DNA of 64,000 bases from Armatimonadota bacterium (GCA_046292385.1 JBKBRF010000022.1:47984-111983); one strand, 5' to 3'; shown: positions 50,644-60,632, counted from the stretch's first letter. Translations and numbers: made by a program. The notes: generated from the letters alone by a model not told the origin.

Positions 50644-53220
50644 ATGGATGAAGAGTTGAGGTCCGCCGGCGAGCCGGGCGGAAACGGAGACAACGGCGCC
50701 GATTCCACGGAGAGCGGCCGCCGCCGCCGCCGGCCGCGCCGCCGCAAGGACAGCCCCACGCCGGACGTAGTCTCCGACGAGACCGTCGAAGGCAACGGCC
50801 GCGCCCCCGCGGAGATCTCCGCCGCCGCCGTTCCGCCCGCCTCCGGCGAATTCGAGGTCGTGCAGGCGGGCGAGCCGATCCCGCTCCTCCAGCGCGACCC
50901 GGTCTTCCAGGAGGCGACCGGCCGCGGCGAGGACGTACTGGTTCCGGAAGCGTTCGAGGAGGAGGCGCTCGCGCCGTTCCCGGAGCGGGCCGGCGGCGGC
51001 GAGTCCCGCCGCGCCGGGGGAGAGCTGCCGCTTCCCCCCTTCACGCCGGAGCTGCTCGCCCGCTTCCGCGAGGGAGCCGGCGAAGAGACCCCGCGCCCTC
51101 GCAAGCAGCGAGGGCGGCCGCAGCCTGCCGCCGCCGCGGAAGAGCCGGTGCCGCTGCCGGCGCCGGAGCCGGTTCCGGTGCTCTCCCCGCTGATCGTCGT
51201 CGCGGAAGCCCTTCTCGAAACGGCGCCGGAGGAGCCGGTGGAAGAGCCGATGGTCCTCCGCCTCCCCACCCTCGCCCCGGCGGAGGACGAGGAGCAGACC
51301 GGCCGGCGCCGCCGCCGGCGCGGACGCGATCGCCGCGAGGGCCCCGAGGAGACCTCCACCCCGGCGGTGGCCGCCGAGGCGCCCGCCGCGGAAGCCCCGG
51401 CTCGCGAGCGAGAGCGCGGGCGCGACCGCCGCGATCGGGAGCGCGACCGCGACCGTGAGCCGGAGCGCGAGACGCGGAAAGAAGAGCGCGCGGACCATGA
51501 ATACAAGGAGATCCTGGTCAACGTAGAAGACCGCGAGACCCGCATCGCCGTGCTGGAAAACGGCCGGCTGATGGAGCTCCACGTGGAGCGCGAAGAGCGG
51601 GTGGTCGGCAACATCTACAAGGCCCGCGTGGCGAACGTGCTGCCCGGCATGGACGCGGCGTTCGTCGACATCGGCCTCGAGCGCAACGCCTTCCTCTACG
51701 TCGGCGACATCCTCTTCGAGGACCCGAAGGCGAAGGGCGACCACCCGACGCGGCGCACCAGCCGCGACGTGCGGATCAGCGACCTCGCCAAGCCGGGCCA
51801 GGAGATCCTGGTGCAGGTGGTCAAGGGCCCCCGCGGCACCAAGGGCGCCCGCGTCTCCACCAAGATCAGCATCCCGGGCCGGTACCTGGTGCTGATGCCG
51901 GAGGGCGACCACACGGGGGTCTCCCGCAAGATCGACGACGTGAAGGAGCGGGACCGCCTGCGCCGCCTCTGCGAGCAGCTCCAGCCGGCCGGATTCGGGC
52001 TGATCGTCCGCACCGAGGCGGAGGGCCGCTCGGAGCAGGAGCTGCGCCAGGACCTCGAGTACCTGGTCAACACCTGGCGCCGCGTCTCCGAGCAGAACAA
52101 GCGGTCCCACGCGCCCGCGGTGCTGCACAAGGACCTCGGCATCATCCTGAAGACGATCCGGGATCTCTTCGGCGCCGATACCGACAAGCTGATCATCGAC
52201 TCCCGCGACGAGTACGACAAGGCGATCGATACGCTGTCGCAGCTCGCGCCGGACCTGGTCGACCGCGTCCATCTGCACGACGAGCCGACGCCGCTCTTCT
52301 CCCGTTACAACCTGGAAGACGAGATCGAGCGCCTGCTCCGCCGCAAGGTCTGGCTCCGGAACGGCGCCTACCTGCTCCTCGACACGACGGAAGCGCTCAC
52401 CACGATCGACGTCAACACCGGCAAATTCGTCGGCACGAGCAGCCTGGCCGAGACGATCCTGAAAACGAACCTCGACGCGGTCGACGAGATCGCGCGGCAG
52501 CTTCGCCTCCGCGACATCGGCGGCATGATCGTGCTCGACTTCATCGACATGGCCTCCGCCCGGGACCGCCAGCTCGTGATGAAGGCGCTGGAGAACGCCT
52601 TCAAGAAGGACCGCACCCGGATCAAGATCGCCCACATCAGCCCGCTCGGCCTGGTGGAGATGACCCGCAAGCGGACCGCCGAATCGGTGACCGACGCGAT
52701 GAGCCACCAGTGCCCCTACTGCCAGGGGCGCGGCCGGGTCTGGTCGCCGGAGACAATGGCGATCCAGATCGAGCGGGAGATCCGGCGCCTCGCCGCCAAG
52801 CAGGAGCTCGACGCGGTGCTCGTCTACTGCAACCCGGAGGTCGCGGCCTGGATGATCGGCTCCGAGGGAGACGACGTGGAGCAGCTCGAGCGGCTCATCC
52901 GCAAGCCGGTCTACGTGCGGGCGCGTCACGACTTCCACACCGAGAAGTTCGAGGTGCTCCCGGCCGACATGCTCGAAATGGAGCGGCAGGTCTTGCCCTA
53001 CCACGGCGGCCAGGTGGTAGACTGCTATGTCACCAAGATCGACCTGATCACGCCGCCGCGCAGCGCCGCGTGGGTCGACGGTTATTTTGTGGATCTCGCC
53101 AACGGCGTGCGCTACCAGGGACAGACGGTGCGGGTGCGCCTGACCGACGTCCGCCGCAGCTTCGCCATGGGTGAGCCGGTGGCGCCGTCTACCGCCGTTG
53201 ACAGGACGGAGCCCATTTGA
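50644..53220 (+). CDS. rne: Ribonuclease E/G family with N-terminal disordered extension and C-terminal TRAM-like domain
   Basis: GNIYKARV, AFVDIG, DVNTGK, LRDIGGMIVLDFIDM and CPYCQGRG; acidic and Arg-rich N-terminal ~285 aa. Confidence 0.9.
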   Translation: MDEELRSAGEPGGNGDNGADSTESGRRRRRPRRRKDSPTPDVVSDETVEGNGRAPAEISAAAVPPASGEFEVVQAGEPIPLLQRDPVFQEATGRGEDVLVPEAFEEEALAPFPERAGGGESRRAGGELPLPPFTPELLARFREGAGEETPRPRKQRGRPQPAAAAEEPVPLPAPEPVPVLSPLIVVAEALLETAPEEPVEEPMVLRLPTLAPAEDEEQTGRRRRRRGRDRREGPEETSTPAVAAEAPAAEAPARERERGRDRRDRERDRDREPERETRKEERADHEYKEILVNVEDRETRIAVLENGRLMELHVEREERVVGNIYKARVANVLPGMDAAFVDIGLERNAFLYVGDILFEDPKAKGDHPTRRTSRDVRISDLAKPGQEILVQVVKGPRGTKGARVSTKISIPGRYLVLMPEGDHTGVSRKIDDVKERDRLRRLCEQLQPAGFGLIVRTEAEGRSEQELRQDLEYLVNTWRRVSEQNKRSHAPAVLHKDLGIILKTIRDLFGADTDKLIIDSRDEYDKAIDTLSQLAPDLVDRVHLHDEPTPLFSRYNLEDEIERLLRRKVWLRNGAYLLLDTTEALTTIDVNTGKFVGTSSLAETILKTNLDAVDEIARQLRLRDIGGMIVLDFIDMASARDRQLVMKALENAFKKDRTRIKIAHISPLGLVEMTRKRTAESVTDAMSHQCPYCQGRGRVWSPETMAIQIEREIRRLAAKQELDAVLVYCNPEVAAWMIGSEGDDVEQLERLIRKPVYVRARHDFHTEKFEVLPADMLEMERQVLPYHGGQVVDCYVTKIDLITPPRSAAWVDGYFVDLANGVRYQGQTVRVRLTDVRRSFAMGEPVAPSTAVDRTEPI

Positions 53221-53253
53221 TAGGATTGCGTGTTTTGCGCAGGAGCAATTGTG

Positions 53254-53565
53254 ATGTACGTCATCATTGAGACGGGTGGGAAGCAGTATCGCGTGGCCGA
53301 GCAGGATGTGCTGCGCGTGGAGAAGCTGGACGGCGAGGTGGGCGACGAGGTCAAGATCGACCGCGTGCTCCTCGTCGGCGGCGAAGACGGCGTGCGCGTC
53401 GGCGCCCCGTACGTGGATGGCGCAACCGTGACCGCGACGGTGGTTCGCCAGGGTAAGGGCCGCAAGATCAAGGGCTTTACCTTCAAGGCGAAGAAGAACG
53501 AGCGCAAGCGCTACGGCCACCGCCAGTTCTTCACGGAAGTGCGGATCCAAGCGATCTCCGCTTAA
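53254..53565 (+). CDS. rplU: 50S ribosomal protein L21
   Basis: [14 protein letters not shown]...GHRQ. Confidence 0.97.
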   Translation: MYVIIETGGKQYRVAEQDVLRVEKLDGEVGDEVKIDRVLLVGGEDGVRVGAPYVDGATVTATVVRQGKGRKIKGFTFKAKKNERKRYGHRQFFTEVRIQAISA

Positions 53566-53624
53566 GAGCGAGAGACCTCCGCGGCCTCCGGGCCGGGACT
53601 CCTAGAAAGCTTGAGGTAGGACTA

Positions 53625-53903
53625 ATGGCACATAAAAAGGGTGTAGGCAGCTCCCGCAACGGCCGCGATAGCAACGCGCAGCGGCTCGGCGTCAAGGAAT
53701 ACGCGGGCCACAAGGTGACCGCCGGCTCCATCCTGGTCCGCCAGCGCGGCAGCAGCATGAAGCCGGGCAAGAACGTCGGCGTCGGCAAGGACTACACGCT
53801 CTTCGCGCTGGTGGACGGCGTCGTGACGATGGAGGGGCACAAGTCGTCCCGCCGCGTCTCCGTGCTGCCCGAAGAAGTCGAGACCGAAGCGGCCACCGCC
53901 TAG
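53625..53903 (+). CDS. rpmA: 50S ribosomal protein L27
   Basis: [16 protein letters not shown]...RLGVK. Confidence 0.97.
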   Translation: MAHKKGVGSSRNGRDSNAQRLGVKEYAGHKVTAGSILVRQRGSSMKPGKNVGVGKDYTLFALVDGVVTMEGHKSSRRVSVLPEEVETEAATA

Positions 53904-54102
53904 CAGATCGCGGGAGAGCGAGTGGTCTGGCCGGAGGTTGCCGGTCCGCAGGTTGCAAGTTACAGGTTCGGAACCCGGCGGACGGGCGGACAACTTGTGA
54001 ACCTGCTAACTTGCAACGTGAAACTGTGATCTCCCGTTCTCCGCTTCCCCTCCCCACACCGTGGGAGAGCGGGTTAGCTCGACCGGCGGGAAGGCATTAT
54101 AG

Positions 54103-54158
54103 AGGGGACGGAGCGGAGCAGTGCGCCGAGGCCACTGCTGCCCTTCCGTCCCCTTTTT
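54103..54158 (+). terminator. Terminator-like hairpin with U-tract just upstream of obgE
   Basis: AGGGGACGGA...GCAGTG/CACTGC...TCCGTCCCCT followed by TTTT. Confidence 0.55.
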
Positions 54159-54176
54159 GCTGCATGGAGCGCCGAG

Positions 54177-55457
54177 ATGTTCGTTGATGAAGTTCAGGTA
54201 GAGGTCCACGGGGGTCGCGGCGGGGACGGCGCGGTGAGCTTCCGCCGGGAGAAGCACGTCCCGCGCGGCGGGCCGGACGGCGGCGACGGCGGGAACGGCG
54301 GCAACGTGGTGATGGTCGCCGACGCCATGCTCACCACGCTGATCGACTTCCGCTACAAGCACAACTACAAGGCCGACAGCGGCGGGCCCGGCGGCGGGAA
54401 CAACCGCAGCGGGAAGAACGCCTCCGACGTGGAGCTGCGGGTGCCGGTCGGCACGCAGGTGCGCGACGCGGACACCGACCAGGTGGTGGCGGACCTGGTG
54501 CGGCCCGGCCAGCGGGAGATCGTGGCCCGAAGCGGCAAGGGCGGGCGCGGCAACGCCGCCTTCGTCTCCTCCACGCACCAGACCCCGCGCTTCTCCGAGA
54601 AGGGCGAGCCGGGCGAGGACCGGCGGCTGCGGCTGGAGCTGAAGCTGCTCGCCGACGTCGGCCTGATCGGTTTCCCGAACGTGGGGAAGTCGACCCTCGT
54701 CTCCCGCGTCTCCGCCGCCAAGCCGAAGATCGCCGACTACCCGTTCACCACCCTGGTGCCGAACCTCGGCGTGGTGCAGGTGGAGCCCGGAAAGTCGTTC
54801 GTGATGGCGGACATCCCCGGCCTGATCGAAGGCGCCAGCGAGGGAGCCGGCCTGGGGCACCAGTTCCTGCGCCACGTGGAGCGCACGCGGCTGCTGGTCC
54901 ACGTGCTCGACGTCTCCGGCCTGACGATGCGGGAGCCGTACGAGGACTTCCAGGTGGTGAACCGGGAGCTAGCGGCTTACAGCGACTACCTGGCGGGGCT
55001 CTCCCAGCTCGTGGCGCTGAACAAGTCCGACCTGCCGGACGCGGAGGGAATCATCGCCGGCCTGCGCCCGCGCCTGGAGGAGGAAGGCTACGACGTCTTC
55101 GAGATCTCCGCCGTCACCGGCCAGGGAGTCCAGGATCTCGTCTACGCGCTCTGGCGGCGGCTGGAGTCGATGCCGGTGCCGGAGATCGCCACTGCCGAAG
55201 AGAGCGTGGTGGAGTACCGGGCCCGCGAGGAAGACCGCGATTCCTGGGAAGTGGAGCAGGAAGACGGGACCTACGTGGTCCGCGGGCGCGGCATCGAGCG
55301 GCTCGTGACGATCACCGACATGAACAACGACGCCGCGGTGCGCCGCTTCCAGCGGATCCTCGATAAGATGGGCGTCGTGCGCCGCCTGCGCGAGCTGGGC
55401 GCCGAAGACGGCTCCCAGGTCCGTATCGGTGAAGTCGAGTTCGACTTCGTCGACTGA
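54177..55457 (+). CDS. obgE: GTPase ObgE/CgtA
   Basis: GGPDGGDGG, GFPNVGKST, YPFTT, DIPG and NKSD; C-terminal OCT domain. Confidence 0.97.
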   Translation: MFVDEVQVEVHGGRGGDGAVSFRREKHVPRGGPDGGDGGNGGNVVMVADAMLTTLIDFRYKHNYKADSGGPGGGNNRSGKNASDVELRVPVGTQVRDADTDQVVADLVRPGQREIVARSGKGGRGNAAFVSSTHQTPRFSEKGEPGEDRRLRLELKLLADVGLIGFPNVGKSTLVSRVSAAKPKIADYPFTTLVPNLGVVQVEPGKSFVMADIPGLIEGASEGAGLGHQFLRHVERTRLLVHVLDVSGLTMREPYEDFQVVNRELAAYSDYLAGLSQLVALNKSDLPDAEGIIAGLRPRLEEEGYDVFEISAVTGQGVQDLVYALWRRLESMPVPEIATAEESVVEYRAREEDRDSWEVEQEDGTYVVRGRGIERLVTITDMNNDAAVRRFQRILDKMGVVRRLRELGAEDGSQVRIGEVEFDFVD

Positions 55458-55484
55458 TCCGCCCCTCCCCTACTCTCACGCCTC

Positions 55485-56570
55485 ATGTACCGGAACATCG
55501 TCGTTAAGGTCGGCACCAGCACGCTGAGCGATGCCGAAGGCCGGATCGATCTCGACTACCTCGGCTCGCTGGCCGGCCAGCTGTGCGACCTGCTCCAGGC
55601 CGGCTCACGCGTGGTGCTGGTCTCCTCCGGCGCCGTGCGCGCGGGGGTGGAGCAGCTCGGCTGGGAGCAGCGGCCTCGCTCCATCGCGCTGAAGCAGACC
55701 GCCGCCGCGGTGGGCCAGGGGCGCCTGATGGCGCTCTACGCGGGCGCCTTCCAGGAGCGCGGACGCCTGGTGGGCCAGGTGCTGCTGACGCGCCAGCTCG
55801 CGCAGGAGCGCGTCCGCTACGTCTACGCCCAGAACACGCTCCAGAGCCTGCTCCACCACGGCGTGGTGCCGATCGTGAACGAGAACGACACCGTGGCGAT
55901 CGAGGAGCTGCAGTTCGGGGACAACGATACGCTGGCGGCGCTCGTTTCCGCCCTCGTCGGCGCCGACCTGCTGGTCCTGCTCACCAACGTAGAGGGACTG
56001 CTCGGCGCGGACGGGCAGGTGGTGCCGCGCGTCCCGGAGATCACCGAGGAGCTGCGCGGCCTCGCGGGCAGCGCGGGGCGGTTCGGCTCCGGCGGCATGG
56101 CGACCAAGCTGAGCGCCGCGGAGATCGCCGGCGCCGCGGGGGTGCGGACCGTCATCGCGCGCGGTCGACGCCCCGGCGTCCTGGCAGAGGTCGCGAACGG
56201 AGAGCCGGTCGGCACCTGCTTCGATCTCCCCGCCCGCAAGCTGCGCGGACGCAAGCACTGGCTCGCCTACGGCACGCAGCCGCGGGGCTCCGTCACCGTC
56301 AACACCTGCGCCGCCGACGCCCTGGTTCACGAGCACAAGAGCCTGCTCCCGGTCGGCATCGTCGCCGTGCGCGGCCCCTTCCACCTTGGCGACACCGTCA
56401 GCGTCCTCACCGAAGACGGCCGCGAGCTGGCGCGAGGCCTGGCAAGCTGCGACTGGCAGGACGTCCAGCGCGTGATGGGCGCCCGCACGGAGCAGGTCCG
56501 CGAGCTGCTCGGCCACCCCGGCCCCGAGGAAGTGGTCCACCGGGACAACCTGGTGGTGCTCAACCGCTGA
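55485..56570 (+). CDS. proB: Glutamate 5-kinase
   Basis: VVKVGTS, VSSGAV, NENDTV, FGDNDTL and GSGGMATK; PUA domain. Confidence 0.95.
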   Translation: MYRNIVVKVGTSTLSDAEGRIDLDYLGSLAGQLCDLLQAGSRVVLVSSGAVRAGVEQLGWEQRPRSIALKQTAAAVGQGRLMALYAGAFQERGRLVGQVLLTRQLAQERVRYVYAQNTLQSLLHHGVVPIVNENDTVAIEELQFGDNDTLAALVSALVGADLLVLLTNVEGLLGADGQVVPRVPEITEELRGLAGSAGRFGSGGMATKLSAAEIAGAAGVRTVIARGRRPGVLAEVANGEPVGTCFDLPARKLRGRKHWLAYGTQPRGSVTVNTCAADALVHEHKSLLPVGIVAVRGPFHLGDTVSVLTEDGRELARGLASCDWQDVQRVMGARTEQVRELLGHPGPEEVVHRDNLVVLNR

Positions 56571-56892
56571 GGTTTTTCTTTCGACACAGAGGGACACAGT
56601 CGCGGCACAGAGGGAACACAGATTGGGAGCAGCGTCTGGCCGGGGAACACGCCGAGTGTGTGCCTGGGCAGCGAAGACAGCAACGGGCCAGGAAGTAACG
56701 CCCGCTTTCCGGAACGGCAGGTCTGAGCCCGCGCAGGCGGGCTTCACTCTCTGTAGCCTCGACTTCAGTCCGAGGCGCGAATCCGGCAGCACTTCCCGCG
56801 ACCCTTCGCTTACTTCTGTGTTCCGTCTTGTCGATTCTGTGTCCGTCTGTGTCTAAGCGCGAGGATGAGCTGCAGCGACGTTTAGTGACCGC

Positions 56893-57513
56893 ATGTGCAA
56901 CCGTGAGCCCGAGCTGATGCCCTCCGAGATCCTGATCGTCGACGTGGAAGCGACCTGCTGGCGCGGGGCGCCGCCGCCGGGGGAGGAGCGGGAGATCATC
57001 GAGATCGGGGCCTGTCTCCTCTGCCCTTCCAGCGGGGAGCGCTCGGCGCGGGAGAGCCTTCTGGTGCGGCCGGCGCGCTCGCAGGTGAGTCCGTTCTGCA
57101 CGGAGCTGACCGGCATCACGTCGGAGATGACGGCGACGGGGATCCCGTTCGCGGAGGCGTGCGCGGAGCTGCGGCGCCGGTATCGGTCGGCGGAGCGGAC
57201 CTGGGCGAGCTATGGGGACTATGACCGCAAGCAGTTCCTCGCGCAGTGCGCGTCGTTCGGAGTCGACTACCCGTTCGGGCCGCGCCACCTCAACGTGAAG
57301 GCGCTCTTCGCGCGGCAGCGACGCCTGCGCCGACAGGTAGGAATGGCCGGCGCGCTGAAGCTACTCAACATCCCGCTCGAAGGCTCGCATCACCGGGCGG
57401 GAGACGATGCGTGGAACATCGCCGCCGTGCTGGCGGCGACGCTGCGCGCCGACGATCTCTCGCTGGAGCGGGCCCTGGAGCTGGCGGGAACCTGTAGGGA
57501 GCCGGTGGATTGA
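56893..57513 (+). CDS. DEDDh 3'-5' exonuclease (ERI-1/KapD-like)
   Basis: VDVEATCW, EIIEIG, FCTELTGI, GDYD and HHRAGDDA. Start is 56893 or 56917. Confidence 0.88.
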   Translation: MCNREPELMPSEILIVDVEATCWRGAPPPGEEREIIEIGACLLCPSSGERSARESLLVRPARSQVSPFCTELTGITSEMTATGIPFAEACAELRRRYRSAERTWASYGDYDRKQFLAQCASFGVDYPFGPRHLNVKALFARQRRLRRQVGMAGALKLLNIPLEGSHHRAGDDAWNIAAVLAATLRADDLSLERALELAGTCREPVD

Positions 57514-58229
57514 AGCTCGAGACTGCCCTGGATGAATTCGAGACGGCGCAGCGCCGCAAGCTCCGCGGCGAAGAAGGCCGCCCGGCGGCGCTGGCGCTCG
57601 ACGCCCTGCGCGAGTTCCTGCTGGAGCAGGCCGGCCGCGAGGAGACCGGCCAGCTCACCACGGAGGACCTCCGCGCCTTCGTCCTGGAGCACTACCCGTC
57701 CCAGGAAGAGCCGGAGGGAGAGGTGGCGCTGCTGCTGCTCCGGACGACGCGCCAGTTCGCGGAGTGGCTGCTGGAGCGGGGCGAGCGCTCCCCGGCCCAG
57801 TTCCTCGCCGGGGCGGAGCGCCTGGAGCGGGAGCTGCCGCGCGTGATGGAGGCGCTGGCGGTGCTCAGGGAGCACACGGCGCAGACCCGCTTCGGGGGAG
57901 CGGTGGAGGTGGCGGCGGGCGAAGAGGAAGAGGCGCCCACGGCGGCGATGACGGCCGGGGTCGACCGCGTGGTGGAGCTGGACCGGATCGACTACGCCGC
58001 CGCGCAGCTCGACTACTTCACGGTGGAGCGCGTCTCACCGGGCGCCCTGGCGCTGCGGTCGTCCAGCCGGGAACTGCTGGCGGAGGGGCTGGCGGAGCCG
58101 GTGGCGGTACCGGAGCAGGCCGCGGAGCTGCTGCGTGCCGAAGATATAATCTATGCCGAAATCGCCCCGGTTCCTGACGGGTGGGAGATGCTGGAAGTCT
58201 TCGGCGTCCGCCCCGGAGGCTTTGCGTGA
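57510..58229 (+). CDS. Hypothetical protein (helical N-domain, beta C-domain)
   Basis: Overlaps both the upstream stop and the downstream GTG; strong GC3 bias. Confidence 0.7.
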   Translation: MKLETALDEFETAQRRKLRGEEGRPAALALDALREFLLEQAGREETGQLTTEDLRAFVLEHYPSQEEPEGEVALLLLRTTRQFAEWLLERGERSPAQFLAGAERLERELPRVMEALAVLREHTAQTRFGGAVEVAAGEEEEAPTAAMTAGVDRVVELDRIDYAAAQLDYFTVERVSPGALALRSSSRELLAEGLAEPVAVPEQAAELLRAEDIIYAEIAPVPDGWEMLEVFGVRPGGFA

Positions 58230-59509
58230 GCGCTGAATCAGAAGACCCCGCCCTCTCCCCCGAGGCGCTGGTGGAGGCGGCCGGCCGGCGCGCCAAACAG
58301 GTGGCGCCGCTCGTGGGTGCGCTGCCGACCGGCGTGAAGAACGACGTCCTGCACGACATCGCGGACACGCTGCTCGCGGAGAGCGACACGATTCTGGCGG
58401 CGAACGAGCGGGACGTCGTGTCGGCGGAGCGCCGCCGCTGCTCGGACTCGTTTCTCGACCATCTCACGCTCACGCGTCCCCGGCTGTTCGCCATGGCGGA
58501 GGGCGTGCGGTACATCGCGGCGCAAACCGACCCGGTGGGCGAAGTGCTGCGCGGCTCCCGGCGCCCCAGCGGGCTGGTGGTGCAGGAAGTGCGGGTCCCG
58601 CTCGGCGTGGTGGGCCTCATCTACCAGAGCCGCCCGAACCTCACGATCGACTCGGTCAGCCTCTGCCTCAAGGCGGGGAACGCCGTGCTGCTGCTGGGCG
58701 GCGCCTTCGCGCTCGAATCGAACCGGGCGCTGATGGACGTGGTCCGGCGCGCCACCGCCCGCCAGGGGGTTCCCGCGGACGCCACCCAGCTCATCGAGAC
58801 GACCGAGCCGGCCGCGGTCGACTGCCTCCTCCACCTGAGCGAGTACGTCGATCTCCTCATCCCCCGCGGCAGCCAGGATCTCATCCGCCGGGTCTGCCGC
58901 ACGGCCACCGTGCCCACCATCGAAACCGGGGCGGGAAACAACCACGTTTTCGTGGAGCGGACGGCACGCCTGGAGATGGCGGCCGACATCGCGCTGAACG
59001 CCAAGGTGCAGCGCCCCGGCGCCGTCAACTCGATGGAGACGCTCCTGATCGACGCGCCGGTGGCGGAGTCGTTCCTCACGATTATCGGGCCGCGACTGCG
59101 CGCGGCCGGGGTGGAGCTCCGCGGCTGCCCGGAGACGCAGCGGCTGGTGCCGGGCGTCCGCCCCGCCACGGAGCAGGACTGGGAGACCGACTTCCAGGAG
59201 CTGATCCTGGCGGTCCGGGTCGTCAACGGCCTGGAGGAGGCAATCGCGCACATCGCCCGGTACGGCACGCGGCTCTCGGAGGCGATCGTCACGCAAGACT
59301 ACTTCGCCGGCCGCCGCTTCACGGAGCGGGTCGACGCCGCCGCCGTCTACGTGAATGCCTCCACCCGCTTCACGGACGGCTTCGAGCTCGGACTGGGCGC
59401 GGAGCTGGGGATCAGCACGCAAAAGCTCCACCGCCGCGGACCGCTGGGTCTGCGCGCCCTCACCTCCTGGAAATGGATCGCCTACGGCGACGGCCAGGTA
59501 CGAGACTGA
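58226..59509 (+). CDS. proA: Gamma-glutamyl phosphate reductase homolog lacking the catalytic Cys
   Basis: RVPLGVVG, LKAGNA, IPRG, NASTRFTDG and GISTQKLH identify ProA, but the active-site RPxxCN reads RPGAVNS. Confidence 0.85.
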   Translation: MSAESEDPALSPEALVEAAGRRAKQVAPLVGALPTGVKNDVLHDIADTLLAESDTILAANERDVVSAERRRCSDSFLDHLTLTRPRLFAMAEGVRYIAAQTDPVGEVLRGSRRPSGLVVQEVRVPLGVVGLIYQSRPNLTIDSVSLCLKAGNAVLLLGGAFALESNRALMDVVRRATARQGVPADATQLIETTEPAAVDCLLHLSEYVDLLIPRGSQDLIRRVCRTATVPTIETGAGNNHVFVERTARLEMAADIALNAKVQRPGAVNSMETLLIDAPVAESFLTIIGPRLRAAGVELRGCPETQRLVPGVRPATEQDWETDFQELILAVRVVNGLEEAIAHIARYGTRLSEAIVTQDYFAGRRFTERVDAAAVYVNASTRFTDGFELGLGAELGISTQKLHRRGPLGLRALTSWKWIAYGDGQVRD

Positions 59510-59556
59510 CTTCGAGACTGACTCCGAGACTGACTTCCGGAGCGACCCAGAGCACG

Positions 59557-60153
59557 ATGCGCCTTGGCTTGATGGGCGGAACCTTCGACCCGCTGCACTA
59601 CGGTCACCTGGTGATCGCGGAGATGGCGCGCGCGGAGCTCGGGCTGGAGCGGGTCGTCTGGCTTCCCGCCGGGGACCCGCCGCACAAGGACCGCCGCTGC
59701 ATCTCCCCGCAGGAGCACCGCTACGCGATGACCCTGCTCGCCACGGCGGAGCACCCGGCGTTCGAGGTCTCCCGCCTGGAGATGGAGCGCGAGGGGCCGA
59801 GCTACACGCTGCTGACCGTAGAGCATTTCCGGCGCGAATACCCGGAGGCGGAGCTCTACTTCATCGTCGGCGCCGACTCGATCCTGGAGATCCTCACCTG
59901 GCACCGGCATGCGGAGCTGGTCCGCGCCTGCCGCTTCGCCGCGGCAACCCGACCGGGGTACGACCTGGCCCAGATGCGGACCGTGCTGCCGCCGGACTAC
60001 CTGGAGCGGATCGACCCGATCGTGACGCCCGGCGTCGACGTCTCCAGCACGGAGCTGCGGGAGCGCCTCCGCACCGGCCGCTCCGTGCGGTATCTTGTCC
60101 CCGAGCCGGTGGAGGCGTACGTCCGCAAGCACCAGCTTTACACGGTCGACTGA
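59557..60153 (+). CDS. nadD: Nicotinate-nucleotide adenylyltransferase
   Basis: GGTFDPLHYGH, PPHK, SYT, IVGAD and VSST. Confidence 0.95.
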   Translation: MRLGLMGGTFDPLHYGHLVIAEMARAELGLERVVWLPAGDPPHKDRRCISPQEHRYAMTLLATAEHPAFEVSRLEMEREGPSYTLLTVEHFRREYPEAELYFIVGADSILEILTWHRHAELVRACRFAAATRPGYDLAQMRTVLPPDYLERIDPIVTPGVDVSSTELRERLRTGRSVRYLVPEPVEAYVRKHQLYTVD

Positions 60154-60278
60154 CCGGCGGCGGGTCAATCCCGGAAGGTGAGAGGGCCCCGCATCCGAAA
60201 CTTCACGTAAGGCCGGGCTGCCGAACCGGGTAGTAACGGTACGGAGCGATCGGCTCCAGAGTGATCAGGAGGGCTGGC

Positions 60279-60620
60279 TTGGATTCTGAACAGAAGGTCG
60301 AGATCATCCGCGAAGCGATGGACGAATTGAAGGCGCAGGAGATCAGCGTCATCGAAGTCGCCGACAAGACGCAGATGACCGACTACATGGTCGTCTGCTC
60401 CGGCAGCTCGAACGTGCACATCCGCGCCATCGCGGACCGCGTCGTCGAGGCGCTGAAGGAACACGACATCAAGGGAATCCGTCGAGAGGGATATAAGGAA
60501 GCGCGGTGGATCCTGATGGACTTCGGCGACGTGGTGGCCCACGTCTTCGACCCTGAGGACCGCGAGTTCTACGGGCTGGAAGAGTTCTGGCAGCGGGAGA
60601 AGCCGCTCACTACCGCGTAG
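60279..60620 (+). CDS. rsfS: Ribosome silencing factor
   Basis: RBS AGGAGG plus TTG; DYMVVCSG and WILMDFGDVVAHVF...REFYGLE. Confidence 0.93.
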   Translation: MDSEQKVEIIREAMDELKAQEISVIEVADKTQMTDYMVVCSGSSNVHIRAIADRVVEALKEHDIKGIRREGYKEARWILMDFGDVVAHVFDPEDREFYGLEEFWQREKPLTTA

Positions 60621-60632
60621 CCCGGTAATCCG

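Noticed and set aside
50266..53550. 1094-aa minus-strand ORF, and similar long ORFs at 41807-44557, 21903-24269, 13919-16021, 3049-4974 and 30004-31959
   Set aside because: Antisense shadows of well-supported genes; stop codons are scarce in high-GC DNA and the translations carry no family motifs.
53221..53624. L21 leader RNA or a Prp (ysxB) protease gene between rplU and rpmA
   Set aside because: Only ~33 bp precede rplU and ~59 bp separate rplU from rpmA; L27 starts MAHKKG with no cleavable extension.
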